The notes under the pieces were generated by a model. That model saw only the letters and a program-made list of their open reading frames with translations. It made no database searches and had not been told where the DNA came from. A DNA stretch of 64,000 bases, from IMG/VR virus record IMGVR_UViG_3300032092_000008; one strand, 5' to 3'. Source of the stretch: an uncultured virus (IMG/VR IMGVR_UViG_3300032092_000008). Lineage: Duplodnaviria > Heunggongvirae > Uroviricota > Caudoviricetes. Positions 37,838 to 47,945 of the stretch are shown in pieces (within the stretch, counting starts at the first letter, position 1; the number at the start of each line of letters is the position of its first letter). The position numbers and the translations under genes are program-made.

Positions 37838-39955
37838 CTATTCTGGAAAACTAGCACCAGTTGGCATAATATTGAAATCAACAATAATGAATTCAGCAGT
37901 CTTGGCAGGTTGCAAGAAAATCTGTCCTTTCATTTCGTTACGATCAATTACATCTGGAGTATTAGTTGTTTCATCCATTACAACCTTGAAGGCATATAAA
38001 CCTTGACGTTGCTGAATGTTTTCAAAATATGGATTTGCAATACTTAAGAATCTGTTACGAGTTGCTGCTGTATTATTTTCAAATACCAAATACTTAGTAG
38101 TTGATGCAATAAATTTCTTAGCAGCAATTAACAAACGACGCACATTAACACGATCCAATGCAGATGCTTTCTTTTGAAGAGTCTTTTGACCAAACACAAC
38201 TACACCGCTATTAGGGAAAGTTGCAATTGGATTAACAGCTGCTTCATATAATGTATCACGATTAGAGTGAGTTAATTTACGTTCAGTCTGTACAGCGATA
38301 TCAATACCACCACGATTTAAACCAGCTGGCGCAAACCATGGAGCAGCTACTCTATCATTAAATGCATATACGCCAGGAATAACAGTAGATGCTGGCACCC
38401 ATACATTTTTGCCTAAATCTGCATCTGGAATTTTAACCCATGGCCAATACACCGCAGCATAATTAGTATCGCGTGCTTCTGCTTTAGTAACAGCTTGACC
38501 TATAGTTGATGCAAATTCAACTGGATCATACACTAAAAAGCAATCTCCACGACTTTCACACATGTTAACGGCTTCGGTAAGTACTGTTGCATGATTTGTA
38601 AAATTATCAAATAATCCAGGCAATGTTAACAAGTTAATATCATATTCATCTTGATTCTTTAATAATCGTATAGCATCGATATACTCATTTTTGCCGGTAC
38701 TATCAGCTAAATTAAATCCTTGAGTATTGGTATTACTAATATTTTCAAAAAATGCTTTTGGATGAGCTACTGTACCGTCACTTCCGTTTGCAAATGAACC
38801 AGAACTAATAGCCGGTAAACTTCCGCTTGCACTTCCAACTCTTACATTACCATTGCTATCTAAATAGTTAATAGTATTTTTATGTACATCTACACGTATG
38901 TATTTTGAACGGTTTACAAAAGATCCTGACAATTGCAAAAATGGATCACTCGTTCCAGAATCTACCATTGTATAAGTTTGATCGCCAATTACTCGTGCAA
39001 TATAATTTGGAGAATTTGGATCCAAGGTTAAGTTGTTATATTGTTCTAATATAATTTTTCTATTGCTAGTATCATCACCTCTTCTAATAGAAAGATTAAA
39101 TGTACCTTTGGCATCGCTCTTAGATGTTACTTCCCAACGTATATTATTACTTGTACCGTTAGATAATACATTGTTAGTACCTTCAGTCGCAGTATAACTG
39201 TTTTGATCGGCACCATCAGATAATGTATATAATGTAAATATATTTTCAGCGCCAGTCGTATTAGTACCACCTTGAGTAGTAAATTGATTCGTAAATGTTC
39301 CACCTGAACCAGTAGCAAAAACTAATCCATTTCCACCAGTACCAGCTGCTGAACCTGAAATACGTATAAGACCAGCAGTATTTGATGCAGCAAAAGCGCT
39401 TAACTTAGACACAGAATTAAATTCAGTTGCGAAGTTATTTGCAAACTGAGTTATATTAGATCCTCTATTAAAAAATCTAATACTGTCATCTGATGCATCT
39501 GTATTTGGATTACTTTGTCCGATAAACGTTACAACAGATCCTGCAGGAGTCGTAACACGTATTGCTTCAGATTCACCGCTTTGTAATAATGTTACCGAAC
39601 CACTTCCAAATGTCAACCCGGTTGTTACTAGATTAGTTACGGTTGAACTGCCTGGTGTATATGCGCCCGCTAAAACACGAACAACTGTTAATGTATCTGC
39701 ATATTTCAAATACTCCTGCGCCGCGTAATTTGTTAAATATTTATATGATTGTTCACTAGCGCCTGATCCACTGGTAAATACTCCTCCGAAAACTTGTAAG
39801 AATTCAGAATAACTACTTACTGTGGTTGGAATGCCTGCAGGTCCTTTTTGTGTAGGTCCTATAACAGCTGCTCCAATAGCGGCGATACGTGACGGTAAAT
39901 AAGATTGATCAACCTCGTTGGTAAATACCCCAGGTGATACAATTTTTTCTGCCAT
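37838..39955 (-). CDS. Tail sheath protein (gp18-like)
   Basis: SPGVFTNEVD, PWFAPAG.NRG, NPI, GQKT, RVNVRRL, P.KTAEFI. Confidence 0.96.
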   Translation of the reverse strand: MAEKIVSPGVFTNEVDQSYLPSRIAAIGAAVIGPTQKGPAGIPTTVSSYSEFLQVFGGVFTSGSGASEQSYKYLTNYAAQEYLKYADTLTVVRVLAGAYTPGSSTVTNLVTTGLTFGSGSVTLLQSGESEAIRVTTPAGSVVTFIGQSNPNTDASDDSIRFFNRGSNITQFANNFATEFNSVSKLSAFAASNTAGLIRISGSAAGTGGNGLVFATGSGGTFTNQFTTQGGTNTTGAENIFTLYTLSDGADQNSYTATEGTNNVLSNGTSNNIRWEVTSKSDAKGTFNLSIRRGDDTSNRKIILEQYNNLTLDPNSPNYIARVIGDQTYTMVDSGTSDPFLQLSGSFVNRSKYIRVDVHKNTINYLDSNGNVRVGSASGSLPAISSGSFANGSDGTVAHPKAFFENISNTNTQGFNLADSTGKNEYIDAIRLLKNQDEYDINLLTLPGLFDNFTNHATVLTEAVNMCESRGDCFLVYDPVEFASTIGQAVTKAEARDTNYAAVYWPWVKIPDADLGKNVWVPASTVIPGVYAFNDRVAAPWFAPAGLNRGGIDIAVQTERKLTHSNRDTLYEAAVNPIATFPNSGVVVFGQKTLQKKASALDRVNVRRLLIAAKKFIASTTKYLVFENNTAATRNRFLSIANPYFENIQQRQGLYAFKVVMDETTNTPDVIDRNEMKGQIFLQPAKTAEFIIVDFNIMPTGASFPE

Positions 39956-39987
39956 GTTTGCTCCTAATTTATGTTACAGTTTTATTA

Positions 39988-39995
39988 ATAAATAT
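39988..39995 (-). promoter_or_regulatory. Late-promoter-like motif ATATTTAT upstream of the sheath gene
   Basis: Same recurrent motif. Confidence 0.6.
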
Positions 39996-40014
39996 CAGAG
40001 CAAAAAGTCAAACA

Positions 40015-40290
40015 TTACTTGTTTGGAATAAATACACCGCTTTCAATATCAACGGTACCAGAACCATATTTTTCATTTAATGATTGAACTAAAACACGTT
40101 CACGTTCTTGTATACTAAAAAATTGTGCTTCTAGCTTTTCACGCATTTGATCTAGTTCTTGTAATTTACGATTTGTTACAAACCGTTCAATTTCTAATTG
40201 ACCAAATTCTGATACTAATGTGTATCCATTATCTTGTATTGTTTTGATATCACGCAACTCATCTTCTGTAAACTTAATTTCATTTTCCAT
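40015..40290 (-). CDS. Small coiled-coil protein
   Basis: 91 aa helical, ending KYGSGTVDIESGVF. Confidence 0.65.
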   Translation of the reverse strand: MENEIKFTEDELRDIKTIQDNGYTLVSEFGQLEIERFVTNRKLQELDQMREKLEAQFFSIQERERVLVQSLNEKYGSGTVDIESGVFIPNK

Positions 40291-40312
40291 AACTTATCCT
40301 TATTTAATATAA

Positions 40313-41140
40313 TTATGCACCATCCCAATCTGCATCGGCGTTAAATGATTCATTTTCAGATCCAAACACGACACGTTTAATACTATAACGCTTTTGCAAG
40401 CTAGATCTACGAAGTTCATAAGGCATTAATAAAGTAGCTTTAACCGTTAACGGCAATGATGCTCTTACAATACGATCCTCTCCCGGCGAGGACATGGTTT
40501 CAAATGTATAATCTTGAATATAAGTCGCAAACTTCCATGTAGTACCCCAAGCAAATCCACCATTAGGCATTATTTGTTCAACAATGCTATTTAGTTGTTC
40601 GGTATATTCAGCCCATAATAATAAATCATAGCTCACATCTACATATTCAGGTATACTAGACACATATAATTCTCGACGAGGCCGAGTTCCTTGTATTACA
40701 GAAAAACGATCATATCTGTTACGCTTGGAGTATGGATTTTCAAATGTTAACGTGTTACGAGCATAATCATTGTCAGATTCTGGATTCCAGTTTACATCTA
40801 ACTTTTTAAGTGTATCTCGTTCTGTTATGGAATTGCGTTTCAATACAATTGCTGGAGTCATGAGTTTATCACCTTGATCATACATGTAGCCACGTTCACG
40901 AATCTGTGCCCATTTTTCTCCGTTGGCATAAATTACTGGTACTGGTATAACACTGTTATTTTCAATAATCTGAGGCTGTATAATTTCAGAAATATAACTC
41001 ATTATGGCGTTATCAACGTCATAAATTGTGCATTTAGGAGTACGTATAGTATCATTATCACGACGTATTTCCAATGACCTATTTAATTCTTGATTTCGTG
41101 TAAATGTACTATATGTCTTTTTTATTTCTGGCTTACTCAT
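40313..41140 (-). CDS. Tail completion / sheath terminator (gp15-like)
   Basis: VPVIYA..EKW, P.I...R, P.YVDVSYDL......EQLNSIVEQI; canonical position after the neck genes. Confidence 0.7.
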   Translation of the reverse strand: MSKPEIKKTYSTFTRNQELNRSLEIRRDNDTIRTPKCTIYDVDNAIMSYISEIIQPQIIENNSVIPVPVIYANGEKWAQIRERGYMYDQGDKLMTPAIVLKRNSITERDTLKKLDVNWNPESDNDYARNTLTFENPYSKRNRYDRFSVIQGTRPRRELYVSSIPEYVDVSYDLLLWAEYTEQLNSIVEQIMPNGGFAWGTTWKFATYIQDYTFETMSSPGEDRIVRASLPLTVKATLLMPYELRRSSLQKRYSIKRVVFGSENESFNADADWDGA

Positions 41141-41679
41141 AAATTCCTAGGTTTTTTAGCTTGATTCATGTTGACACCAGTACGTATTGGTACAATGTTT
41201 ATAGCATTCATTCTAGTTGCATGTGCTTCCACGATAACAGAAATGTCCATACCAAAGCTTCCACGTTCACCAGTTGTAACACCTAGATCGGTTAACGGAT
41301 CTTTACCAGCGATATAATCTTGTGCATTAGTTTGATTATCAATTTCATAGTATTCACCATCCCATTGTAATATATCACCGACTTGTATTACAACATTTTT
41401 ATCTTCTAAATCAGGTTTAAAGAATGCAAACGTAGCAGTACGTTGTGTATCTATTCCATAATCATCGCCAGTACTAGTACGACTATCACGAGCTATAAGA
41501 CAATTCATACGTACGGGTTGATAATATGATTTACGATCTGCCTCGCCGTATAAATTTGAATCAGTGCTTTCCAAATTTAATTTATATAAAAGTACTTCTG
41601 TGTCTATTAATCTGTTAATCAATTCACGATTAACGCTACGAAATAAACTCATGTCTCGTGCACTACCAAATAAAGCCAT
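41137..41679 (-). CDS. Neck / head-closure protein (gp14-like)
   Basis: NLYGE, VGDIL....YYEI; lies between gp13-like and gp15-like genes. Confidence 0.7.
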   Translation of the reverse strand: MALFGSARDMSLFRSVNRELINRLIDTEVLLYKLNLESTDSNLYGEADRKSYYQPVRMNCLIARDSRTSTGDDYGIDTQRTATFAFFKPDLEDKNVVIQVGDILQWDGEYYEIDNQTNAQDYIAGKDPLTDLGVTTGERGSFGMDISVIVEAHATRMNAINIVPIRTGVNMNQAKKPRNL

Positions 41680-41680
41680 A

Positions 41681-42844
41681 TTATCCTATATAAATTTTAA
41701 GCGGCATTTTATTCATTTGAGCTTGCATGGCATCTGCTTCTGCTTGCTTGCGTTCCAGTTGCGCTTGGCGCGACATGCTATCTAACATTTCTTTTAATTC
41801 TGTTAGTAATGCATCTTTTTCTGTCTGGGCAGCACTTGCTAGGTCTGCTCCATTCAATGTTATTTCTGAATTTGGAATTGGAATTGAACTATACTTGCCA
41901 CGTATATTACCTAGCATTTCTTTTGATAGGGCCGCGGCATATCTACGTATCCACTGACGTCCTACGCTATTAACATATTCATAAGTAACATTTTCATATG
42001 GTACATTGGAAAAGTCTGAAATATTACCGGTATTACCTTTTAACGGATTACTACGTTCTGATTTAATAACATAATCAAACCAAACTTTACTAACACTGTT
42101 TACCATTGGAATAGGCATTATACGTAAACGGTTATTTACAATTTCAAAAGAATACCCAGACCTTCTTACAGTGTCATTGAATTCAATTGCTTGCAAACGA
42201 AGCAAGTCAGCATATATAGGCATCATCATGAAAGATGTTCCTGGCGAATAGCTTCCAAATCCAAATGCATCTAACATTTGTTGAGTACCAATACCAGTTC
42301 CAATAAATGGATCGAAGAACCGCACTAATGCTGGGGGTGCTTCATGATATAAACGTTTTATTTCAATTTGCGTAGTCCCGGGTGTACCAGATTCTAAGCG
42401 TACCACACTTGGGTTTGTAAGGTCATATATTTGTTGGCCGCCAACCAATGTGACACTACCAGTATAGTAAGTTACATTACCTCCAGTTCCTGCAACTTCA
42501 CCATATTCATTTGCCAATGTGATGATACCACCCATGTTAGGCGATATCTGTTTTCCAGTTAAATTGCTTCCAGTGCTTGCACCGTAAAGGTTTAACATGT
42601 TATCACGAATATTGTAAGCATTTAACTGTGCTCCATATTCGGTAACAGCTTCTTCAAAGGCAGTATAGAAATGAAGATCTTGCAATTCCACTTCACTTAA
42701 AGGATAACCTAAACGTTTGGCACACCAATCCGCTACTTTATCAACATCTTGTTGAAACTCATAGTCATAGTCATAGAATCCAAATGGAGTATTACCAGGA
42801 AAAAATGATGAACTACCAGGCCAGATTGGAATATTAACTGCCAT
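41681..42844 (-). CDS. Neck protein (gp13-like)
   Basis: RLGYP...VEL, WIRRYA.A..KE.LG..RGKY, I.LNG, P..IYIG. Confidence 0.85.
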   Translation of the reverse strand: MAVNIPIWPGSSSFFPGNTPFGFYDYDYEFQQDVDKVADWCAKRLGYPLSEVELQDLHFYTAFEEAVTEYGAQLNAYNIRDNMLNLYGASTGSNLTGKQISPNMGGIITLANEYGEVAGTGGNVTYYTGSVTLVGGQQIYDLTNPSVVRLESGTPGTTQIEIKRLYHEAPPALVRFFDPFIGTGIGTQQMLDAFGFGSYSPGTSFMMMPIYADLLRLQAIEFNDTVRRSGYSFEIVNNRLRIMPIPMVNSVSKVWFDYVIKSERSNPLKGNTGNISDFSNVPYENVTYEYVNSVGRQWIRRYAAALSKEMLGNIRGKYSSIPIPNSEITLNGADLASAAQTEKDALLTELKEMLDSMSRQAQLERKQAEADAMQAQMNKMPLKIYIG

Positions 42845-42874
42845 ACCGTATCCTTTTCATATAAATATGTTAAA

Positions 42875-44296
42875 TCAATATAAAGCGTACCAATTGTTAC
42901 CGTCCCAAAAATAAGGTTTTGGTGGCGTACTTGATGATACTGCAAATGAGCCGATAGAAAGATTAACGCTAGGTAATGGATGCTGTGGCGCCAATGTTAA
43001 AACACTTGAAAAAGTTACACTGCCGGTAACTGTTAAAGATCCAGATATACGCGCCGTGCCTTTGACATCTAAGCTACAAGATGGAGACATTGTTCCTACG
43101 CCAAAATTACCATTATTAATATACGAATCGCCAACTGCTCCGAACCAAAAATACGCGCGGCCTGAAGTTCCACCCTGTATAGCTGAATTTGAATACAAAA
43201 ACACGTCACCAAAAAATTGCGTGTTATGATTAATAGTTAACTGGCTAGTAACTAATGTAGGTGGAGTTGGCCCAATATGTACTCTCCCAGTTAAAACACT
43301 ATCACCTGATGCAGTAAATTGACTTGTAGCTCCACTTACAATTAAATTGTTACGTACCGTTGTTTCAGTATTAGCAATACGTAAACGTTCTGTATCAGCT
43401 GTTTGAAATGTATGATAGCCAGTTGATTTTTCATTACTAAATACCATATCACCTGTACTTTGACGTAATGCTATATAACCGGCACTATTATCTGCAGGTG
43501 TAGTAAATGCTAGACCAGCATATACTGTATTTGGCGTTCTAAAATTTATATAATTTGTAGTATCGTTTTCTAATGTTAATGTAATACCATCATCTATTCC
43601 TAATATTGGCGCGCCCGAAGCATCTTTATGTACATGTAAATTACTTAATGGTGTTGATGTACCTATACCAATTTGCCCCGACCCTGATATCATTAATCGA
43701 GTAGCTAAACCCGAAACATCGGTAGTGGTTGTTTTAACATATAATGTACCAGTGCCGTCAATGTCCATCGTGGCTAAATTATTAAACGCTAATCCACCTA
43801 AAGCTGATATTGTTTGAGCAGCAGCATTACCAGTTGTAGTTAATCTGAATGAGCCTTCTAGTCGACTAGCAGTTAATGCAAATGAGCTACTTAATACACG
43901 CATTGAAGATGTGCTTGAAGTTAGTACATACGGTTGAAGCATTGAAGCTGTAATGCTATTTAATACATAACTCGATGTTGCAGTTGCTAAATTATTAACT
44001 TGTGTTTGTATGGACGCAGTAAATAGTTCTAGAGCTGTGAGTTCTGGATCAGACCCACGGTCTCCTTTTATGCCTTGAGGACCAGTTGCTGAAACGATTA
44101 CCGTGTTTCCTACAGCTTCCGTTACGGATACATTGTTAGGTGTTTCTTCTGTAACAATTATAGTAGGTCTCGGAGACTGTGTGATCTCGATAACCTGAGT
44201 AATTGGATGAGTAACAGTTAATTGATTATGTTCGCTGTCAATTACTACAAGATTGTTTTGAGTTGTATTAACATATATTCTGTTATCATGACTCAT
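42875..44296 (-). CDS. Tail fibre / structural protein
   Basis: Short collagen stretch GPQGIKGDRG, GQIGIGTSTP and GNFGVGT..P beta-repeats, SSSFALTAS module. Confidence 0.65.
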   Translation of the reverse strand: MSHDNRIYVNTTQNNLVVIDSEHNQLTVTHPITQVIEITQSPRPTIIVTEETPNNVSVTEAVGNTVIVSATGPQGIKGDRGSDPELTALELFTASIQTQVNNLATATSSYVLNSITASMLQPYVLTSSTSSMRVLSSSFALTASRLEGSFRLTTTGNAAAQTISALGGLAFNNLATMDIDGTGTLYVKTTTTDVSGLATRLMISGSGQIGIGTSTPLSNLHVHKDASGAPILGIDDGITLTLENDTTNYINFRTPNTVYAGLAFTTPADNSAGYIALRQSTGDMVFSNEKSTGYHTFQTADTERLRIANTETTVRNNLIVSGATSQFTASGDSVLTGRVHIGPTPPTLVTSQLTINHNTQFFGDVFLYSNSAIQGGTSGRAYFWFGAVGDSYINNGNFGVGTMSPSCSLDVKGTARISGSLTVTGSVTFSSVLTLAPQHPLPSVNLSIGSFAVSSSTPPKPYFWDGNNWYALY

Positions 44297-44679
44297 CGAG
44301 TAACTTCTTTGCTAAGCTTTACTTGTCCTTCTAATAAACGTGTTACGGTAGACCCTGAATATATTTCTAAATCATATCGTGCAGTATCAAATGTAAATGC
44401 TGATGATGTCGCCGCTGATATATAAATTCCTATACTTCCAGATGTAGTTGGCGTAGTACCGTTACTGCCTTGAAAATCTAAACCAGTACCATCCGTCCAT
44501 TTGCTACTTGATAATGTGGCATATGTAGTCGGATTGCCATCGGCATATCCAGATCTAATAAGCATGCGTCCATGATATCCAGTTAAATCAATTGGATTAT
44601 TACTAGGATCTTTGTATTGAACTTCAAGTGTTAATGTAGCACCTTGTTCTATAGTGAATGAATATTTTCCTGCTGCCAT
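44293..44679 (-). CDS. Virion structural protein (BppU-N-like Ig/beta-sandwich)
   Basis: IEQGAT, PIDLTGY, YDLEI, RLLEG pattern common in phage tail-associated proteins. Confidence 0.6.
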   Translation of the reverse strand: MAAGKYSFTIEQGATLTLEVQYKDPSNNPIDLTGYHGRMLIRSGYADGNPTTYATLSSSKWTDGTGLDFQGSNGTTPTTSGSIGIYISAATSSAFTFDTARYDLEIYSGSTVTRLLEGQVKLSKEVTR

Positions 44680-44707
44680 AATATAGTTTTTTATTAATAA
44701 ATATGTA

Positions 44708-45655
44708 TTACCAACAAACTAAAATAACTAATCCATCGCCTCCATCGCCTCCTGCACCACCGGTTGTACCAGCTCCTCCACCTCCACCTCCACAGCCAAT
44801 TCCACCTTTGCCACCCTTACCACCAGTACCAGAAGCATTAGCTCCTCCACCAGCACCAGGTAATGAAAGGAAAGTTGGTTCAAATAATGTTATACCATCT
44901 TCACCTGCTTGGCCAGTTGCAGCACCTCCTAATAAATTTCTACTCCATACACTTTGACCTGATGTAGTAGGACCTAAAACATTACCACCAGCAGCTGCTA
45001 CGCCGGAAGTTACTCCCCCTCCACCCGCTCCTCCTTGAGGTCTTCCAGCAAATGTGGCGTTTGTGCCTGCTATTAATGTGCCTGCAAATCCAGTTAATAC
45101 AGCAGATATGGATAAATTACTAAACCCAGAAACACCAGGCTGTTGAAGAGTAGTGCTTATTGTATATGCTGTACCTCCGTTACCTCCTGCACCTACGGCG
45201 CCTGCTCGTCCTGATGTAGTTCCCGCCGGAGTAGTACTAGGAAATGCATAATACATTCTTGTAGCAGCTGCAGTAGATCCTACAACAGAATACCACATAC
45301 CAGTTGATAAAGATGGATATCCACCAGCTGTTGCAGCTGCGCCACCAGTCCCTCCTCTAGCAACAGTCATATATAAAACATCAGGCACTAAGTATGCTGG
45401 CTGTATGAATTGTATTATATTTCCAGGAGCACCGCCTCCACCACCGCCTCCTGCTGTTCCAACACCAAAACTATGTCCTCCTCCTCCCCCCGTTCCAGCA
45501 TTAATCAACATGGCATATACAAAATTTATACCTTTAGGCTTTTCCCAACGTTGCATAGATCTAAACGCACTGGGTGATGAGGAAAGATCGGTTGATGTAA
45601 AAATATAAGTTTTAGCATTTCCTTTTGCTATTGGTAAATTAAATGTTCCTATCAT
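44708..45655 (-). CDS. Glycine-rich tail fibre / adhesin (paralog 3)
   Basis: W.KP.G..FV....I.AG.GGGG, polyglycine tracts, C-terminal GG.GGDGLVI. Confidence 0.7.
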   Translation of the reverse strand: MIGTFNLPIAKGNAKTYIFTSTDLSSSPSAFRSMQRWEKPKGINFVYAMLINAGTGGGGGHSFGVGTAGGGGGGGAPGNIIQFIQPAYLVPDVLYMTVARGGTGGAAATAGGYPSLSTGMWYSVVGSTAAATRMYYAFPSTTPAGTTSGRAGAVGAGGNGGTAYTISTTLQQPGVSGFSNLSISAVLTGFAGTLIAGTNATFAGRPQGGAGGGGVTSGVAAAGGNVLGPTTSGQSVWSRNLLGGAATGQAGEDGITLFEPTFLSLPGAGGGANASGTGGKGGKGGIGCGGGGGGAGTTGGAGGDGGDGLVILVCW

Positions 45656-45659
45656 AACT

Positions 45660-46538
45660 TTATCCGCATGTTATTATTACTAGACCATCACCGCCATTGC
45701 CTCCTGCTCCACCTAATCCTGGTCCTACACTTCCTCCTCCGCCACCTGAACCAAAACCTCCCCAACCTCCATTACTTCCACTTATTGTAGTAGACGAACT
45801 TGCACCGGGACCACCAGATGACAAAAATTTTATTAAGTCTTCAACTTTTACTCCATCACTACCAGCTGGTGAGGGTAATATTGCTGAGAAGTATTCGCCA
45901 GCCATAGATACAGACGATCCAGAGCCTACAGTATTAGCGGCATTATTTCCACTTCCACCTCCCCCACCAGTGATTCTATAAGTAGCTGTGGTAGCACCTG
46001 CTCCTGCATTTCCCCCACTTGTGCCAGCCTGACCCGCGATGTATGTTCTTAGTCCTATTTGAGATATAGGTAAACTAGTAGTTGTTAGTACTGCTCCTGC
46101 TGCACCACCAATCCCTCCAGCTGTTCCACCATTACCACCAGCTGCAACACACAAAATATATCCAGCTGTTTGTGCTGGGTAATATCCCGCATATGTTGCT
46201 GTGCCTGCTGCTCCAGCGTTAGCAGTTATAGTATTTGTAGATGCTCCTCCTGCTCCTCCTATTCCAATATTTATATATATAGTATCTGGGATTAAATAGG
46301 CTGGTAAGAATGCTGATGTCATTCCTCCGCTCCCACCTCCTCCACCACCTGTTCTTGCTACTCCGGTTTGCCATATTACTGCGCTACTTCCACCTCCACC
46401 TGCTCCGATTGTTATAATATGTACAAAGTTTATTCCAGGTGGTTTTGACCAAGTTTGAAATCCAGTACTATTTTTATTTCCAGTATAAACCCAAAAACGT
46501 TGATCTTGTTGAGAAGGTAAATGTTGAAATCCGTTCAT
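45660..46538 (-). CDS. Glycine-rich tail fibre / adhesin (paralog 2)
   Basis: Same architecture as its neighbours. Confidence 0.7.
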   Translation of the reverse strand: MNGFQHLPSQQDQRFWVYTGNKNSTGFQTWSKPPGINFVHIITIGAGGGGSSAVIWQTGVARTGGGGGGSGGMTSAFLPAYLIPDTIYINIGIGGAGGASTNTITANAGAAGTATYAGYYPAQTAGYILCVAAGGNGGTAGGIGGAAGAVLTTTSLPISQIGLRTYIAGQAGTSGGNAGAGATTATYRITGGGGGSGNNAANTVGSGSSVSMAGEYFSAILPSPAGSDGVKVEDLIKFLSSGGPGASSSTTISGSNGGWGGFGSGGGGGSVGPGLGGAGGNGGDGLVIITCG

Positions 46539-46539
46539 A

Positions 46540-47490
46540 TTAACTTACTGTTATTATTATTAAACCATCTCCACCTGCTCCACCATATCCACCATTTCCT
46601 AAGCTAGGCAATCCAATAGTATTGAGTGAATTACCTGCTCCTCCGCCGCCACAGCCATATGCTCCTTTACCTCCACTTCCTCCCCATAGGTTTGAATCTG
46701 TAGGTTCAGTACCTCCTCCACCTCCTGTTGCTATAAATGGTTTCCACGAAAAAAATCCATCAGCTCCAGGATTATCGGTTCCAATAGCTCCTCCAGCTAC
46801 AGTTACTGTAATATATGATGATACACTGGCCATATTAATACTACCTCCAGTAGTAACTGTAGATCTACCAGCTCCTCCTGCACCACCTGTTAGTAATCCA
46901 GCATATGTTGGGGATCCTGGAGCTGCAGTACTACCTACCCCTCCTGCTGTTTGAGCTACCGTGTTACCTACTATACCTAACCATTTTAAATCATTTGTAT
47001 TTGCTAGCGTTACAGCGGTTCCAGCTGGAACAGATGTACCATTAGTAGTACCTCCAGTACCACCGCCAGCGGCTGTTTGGCTAGATTGTATTATTACAGA
47101 TCCAGGGTTGATTTCTGGGTAAAGGCATACATAAGATATTTCTCCGTTCCCTCCGTTCCCACCAAAACCTCCAACTGTTGTTGCTCTAGCTCCTCCAGCT
47201 CCGCCAAACCCGACTTGTAAGTATAATGTTTTTGGTAATAGAATAGCTGGTATTGATACTGCTACTAAACCTCCTGGCGCACCACCTCCTGCTCCTTTTC
47301 TAGCAGCACCAGCTGTGACACCTGAACCGCCTCCGCCTCCGCCGCCACCTATTACAGTAAAATGTAAAAATGCTGCATGCTCCGGTACATTCCAAGCTTG
47401 AAAACTTCCAGATGCACTTCCGGAAGCATTGGCATAAAATACAAAAGTATTTTGATCTGATTTGTTTGGCAAATGCCCGAATCCATTCAT
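46540..47490 (-). CDS. Glycine-rich tail fibre / adhesin (paralog 1)
   Basis: Same architecture; MNGF.HLP N-terminus shared with paralog 2. Confidence 0.7.
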   Translation of the reverse strand: MNGFGHLPNKSDQNTFVFYANASGSASGSFQAWNVPEHAAFLHFTVIGGGGGGGGSGVTAGAARKGAGGGAPGGLVAVSIPAILLPKTLYLQVGFGGAGGARATTVGGFGGNGGNGEISYVCLYPEINPGSVIIQSSQTAAGGGTGGTTNGTSVPAGTAVTLANTNDLKWLGIVGNTVAQTAGGVGSTAAPGSPTYAGLLTGGAGGAGRSTVTTGGSINMASVSSYITVTVAGGAIGTDNPGADGFFSWKPFIATGGGGGTEPTDSNLWGGSGGKGAYGCGGGGAGNSLNTIGLPSLGNGGYGGAGGDGLIIITVS

Positions 47491-47505
47491 AACTTAATTT
47501 TACTA

Positions 47506-47919
47506 TTAATAATCACCTGCAATAGTAGTAACGTACAATCCACCTCCTAATGCTGTACCTTGTGTAGCAAATAATCTCCAGTTAGCTGGTAGTGCAATGT
47601 TCATTGGTATTTCAAAATCATTTTGTGCTAGTGTAGCACTTAGTGTAATAGCTGGTAATGAAATTTCTCCGTATAATGAATTATTTGTAGCAGTTGTTGT
47701 TGCTTGTCCGTTATTAAGAAATACACGTATTACCGTAGCCGAAGTTGAGCCAGAAGGTTTGAAACGTATTTTGCTAATATAACTTCCGGATGCTCCAGCC
47801 GTAAATAATGACGAGCTTGTACCAGTAGTCATTGTATAATCTGTATTAACAGCAGATGTTAAAAGTGCAATACCTATATCAGGCGTAACTGTGAAAATTG
47901 GTGCTGTGTTTTGAGCCAT
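47506..47919 (-). CDS. Small beta-rich virion protein
   Basis: 137 aa, MAQNTAPIF...GDY; inside the fibre cluster. Confidence 0.6.
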   Translation of the reverse strand: MAQNTAPIFTVTPDIGIALLTSAVNTDYTMTTGTSSSLFTAGASGSYISKIRFKPSGSTSATVIRVFLNNGQATTTATNNSLYGEISLPAITLSATLAQNDFEIPMNIALPANWRLFATQGTALGGGLYVTTIAGDY

Positions 47920-47945
47920 ATTTGTTTTTCTCTTTTATATAATTA

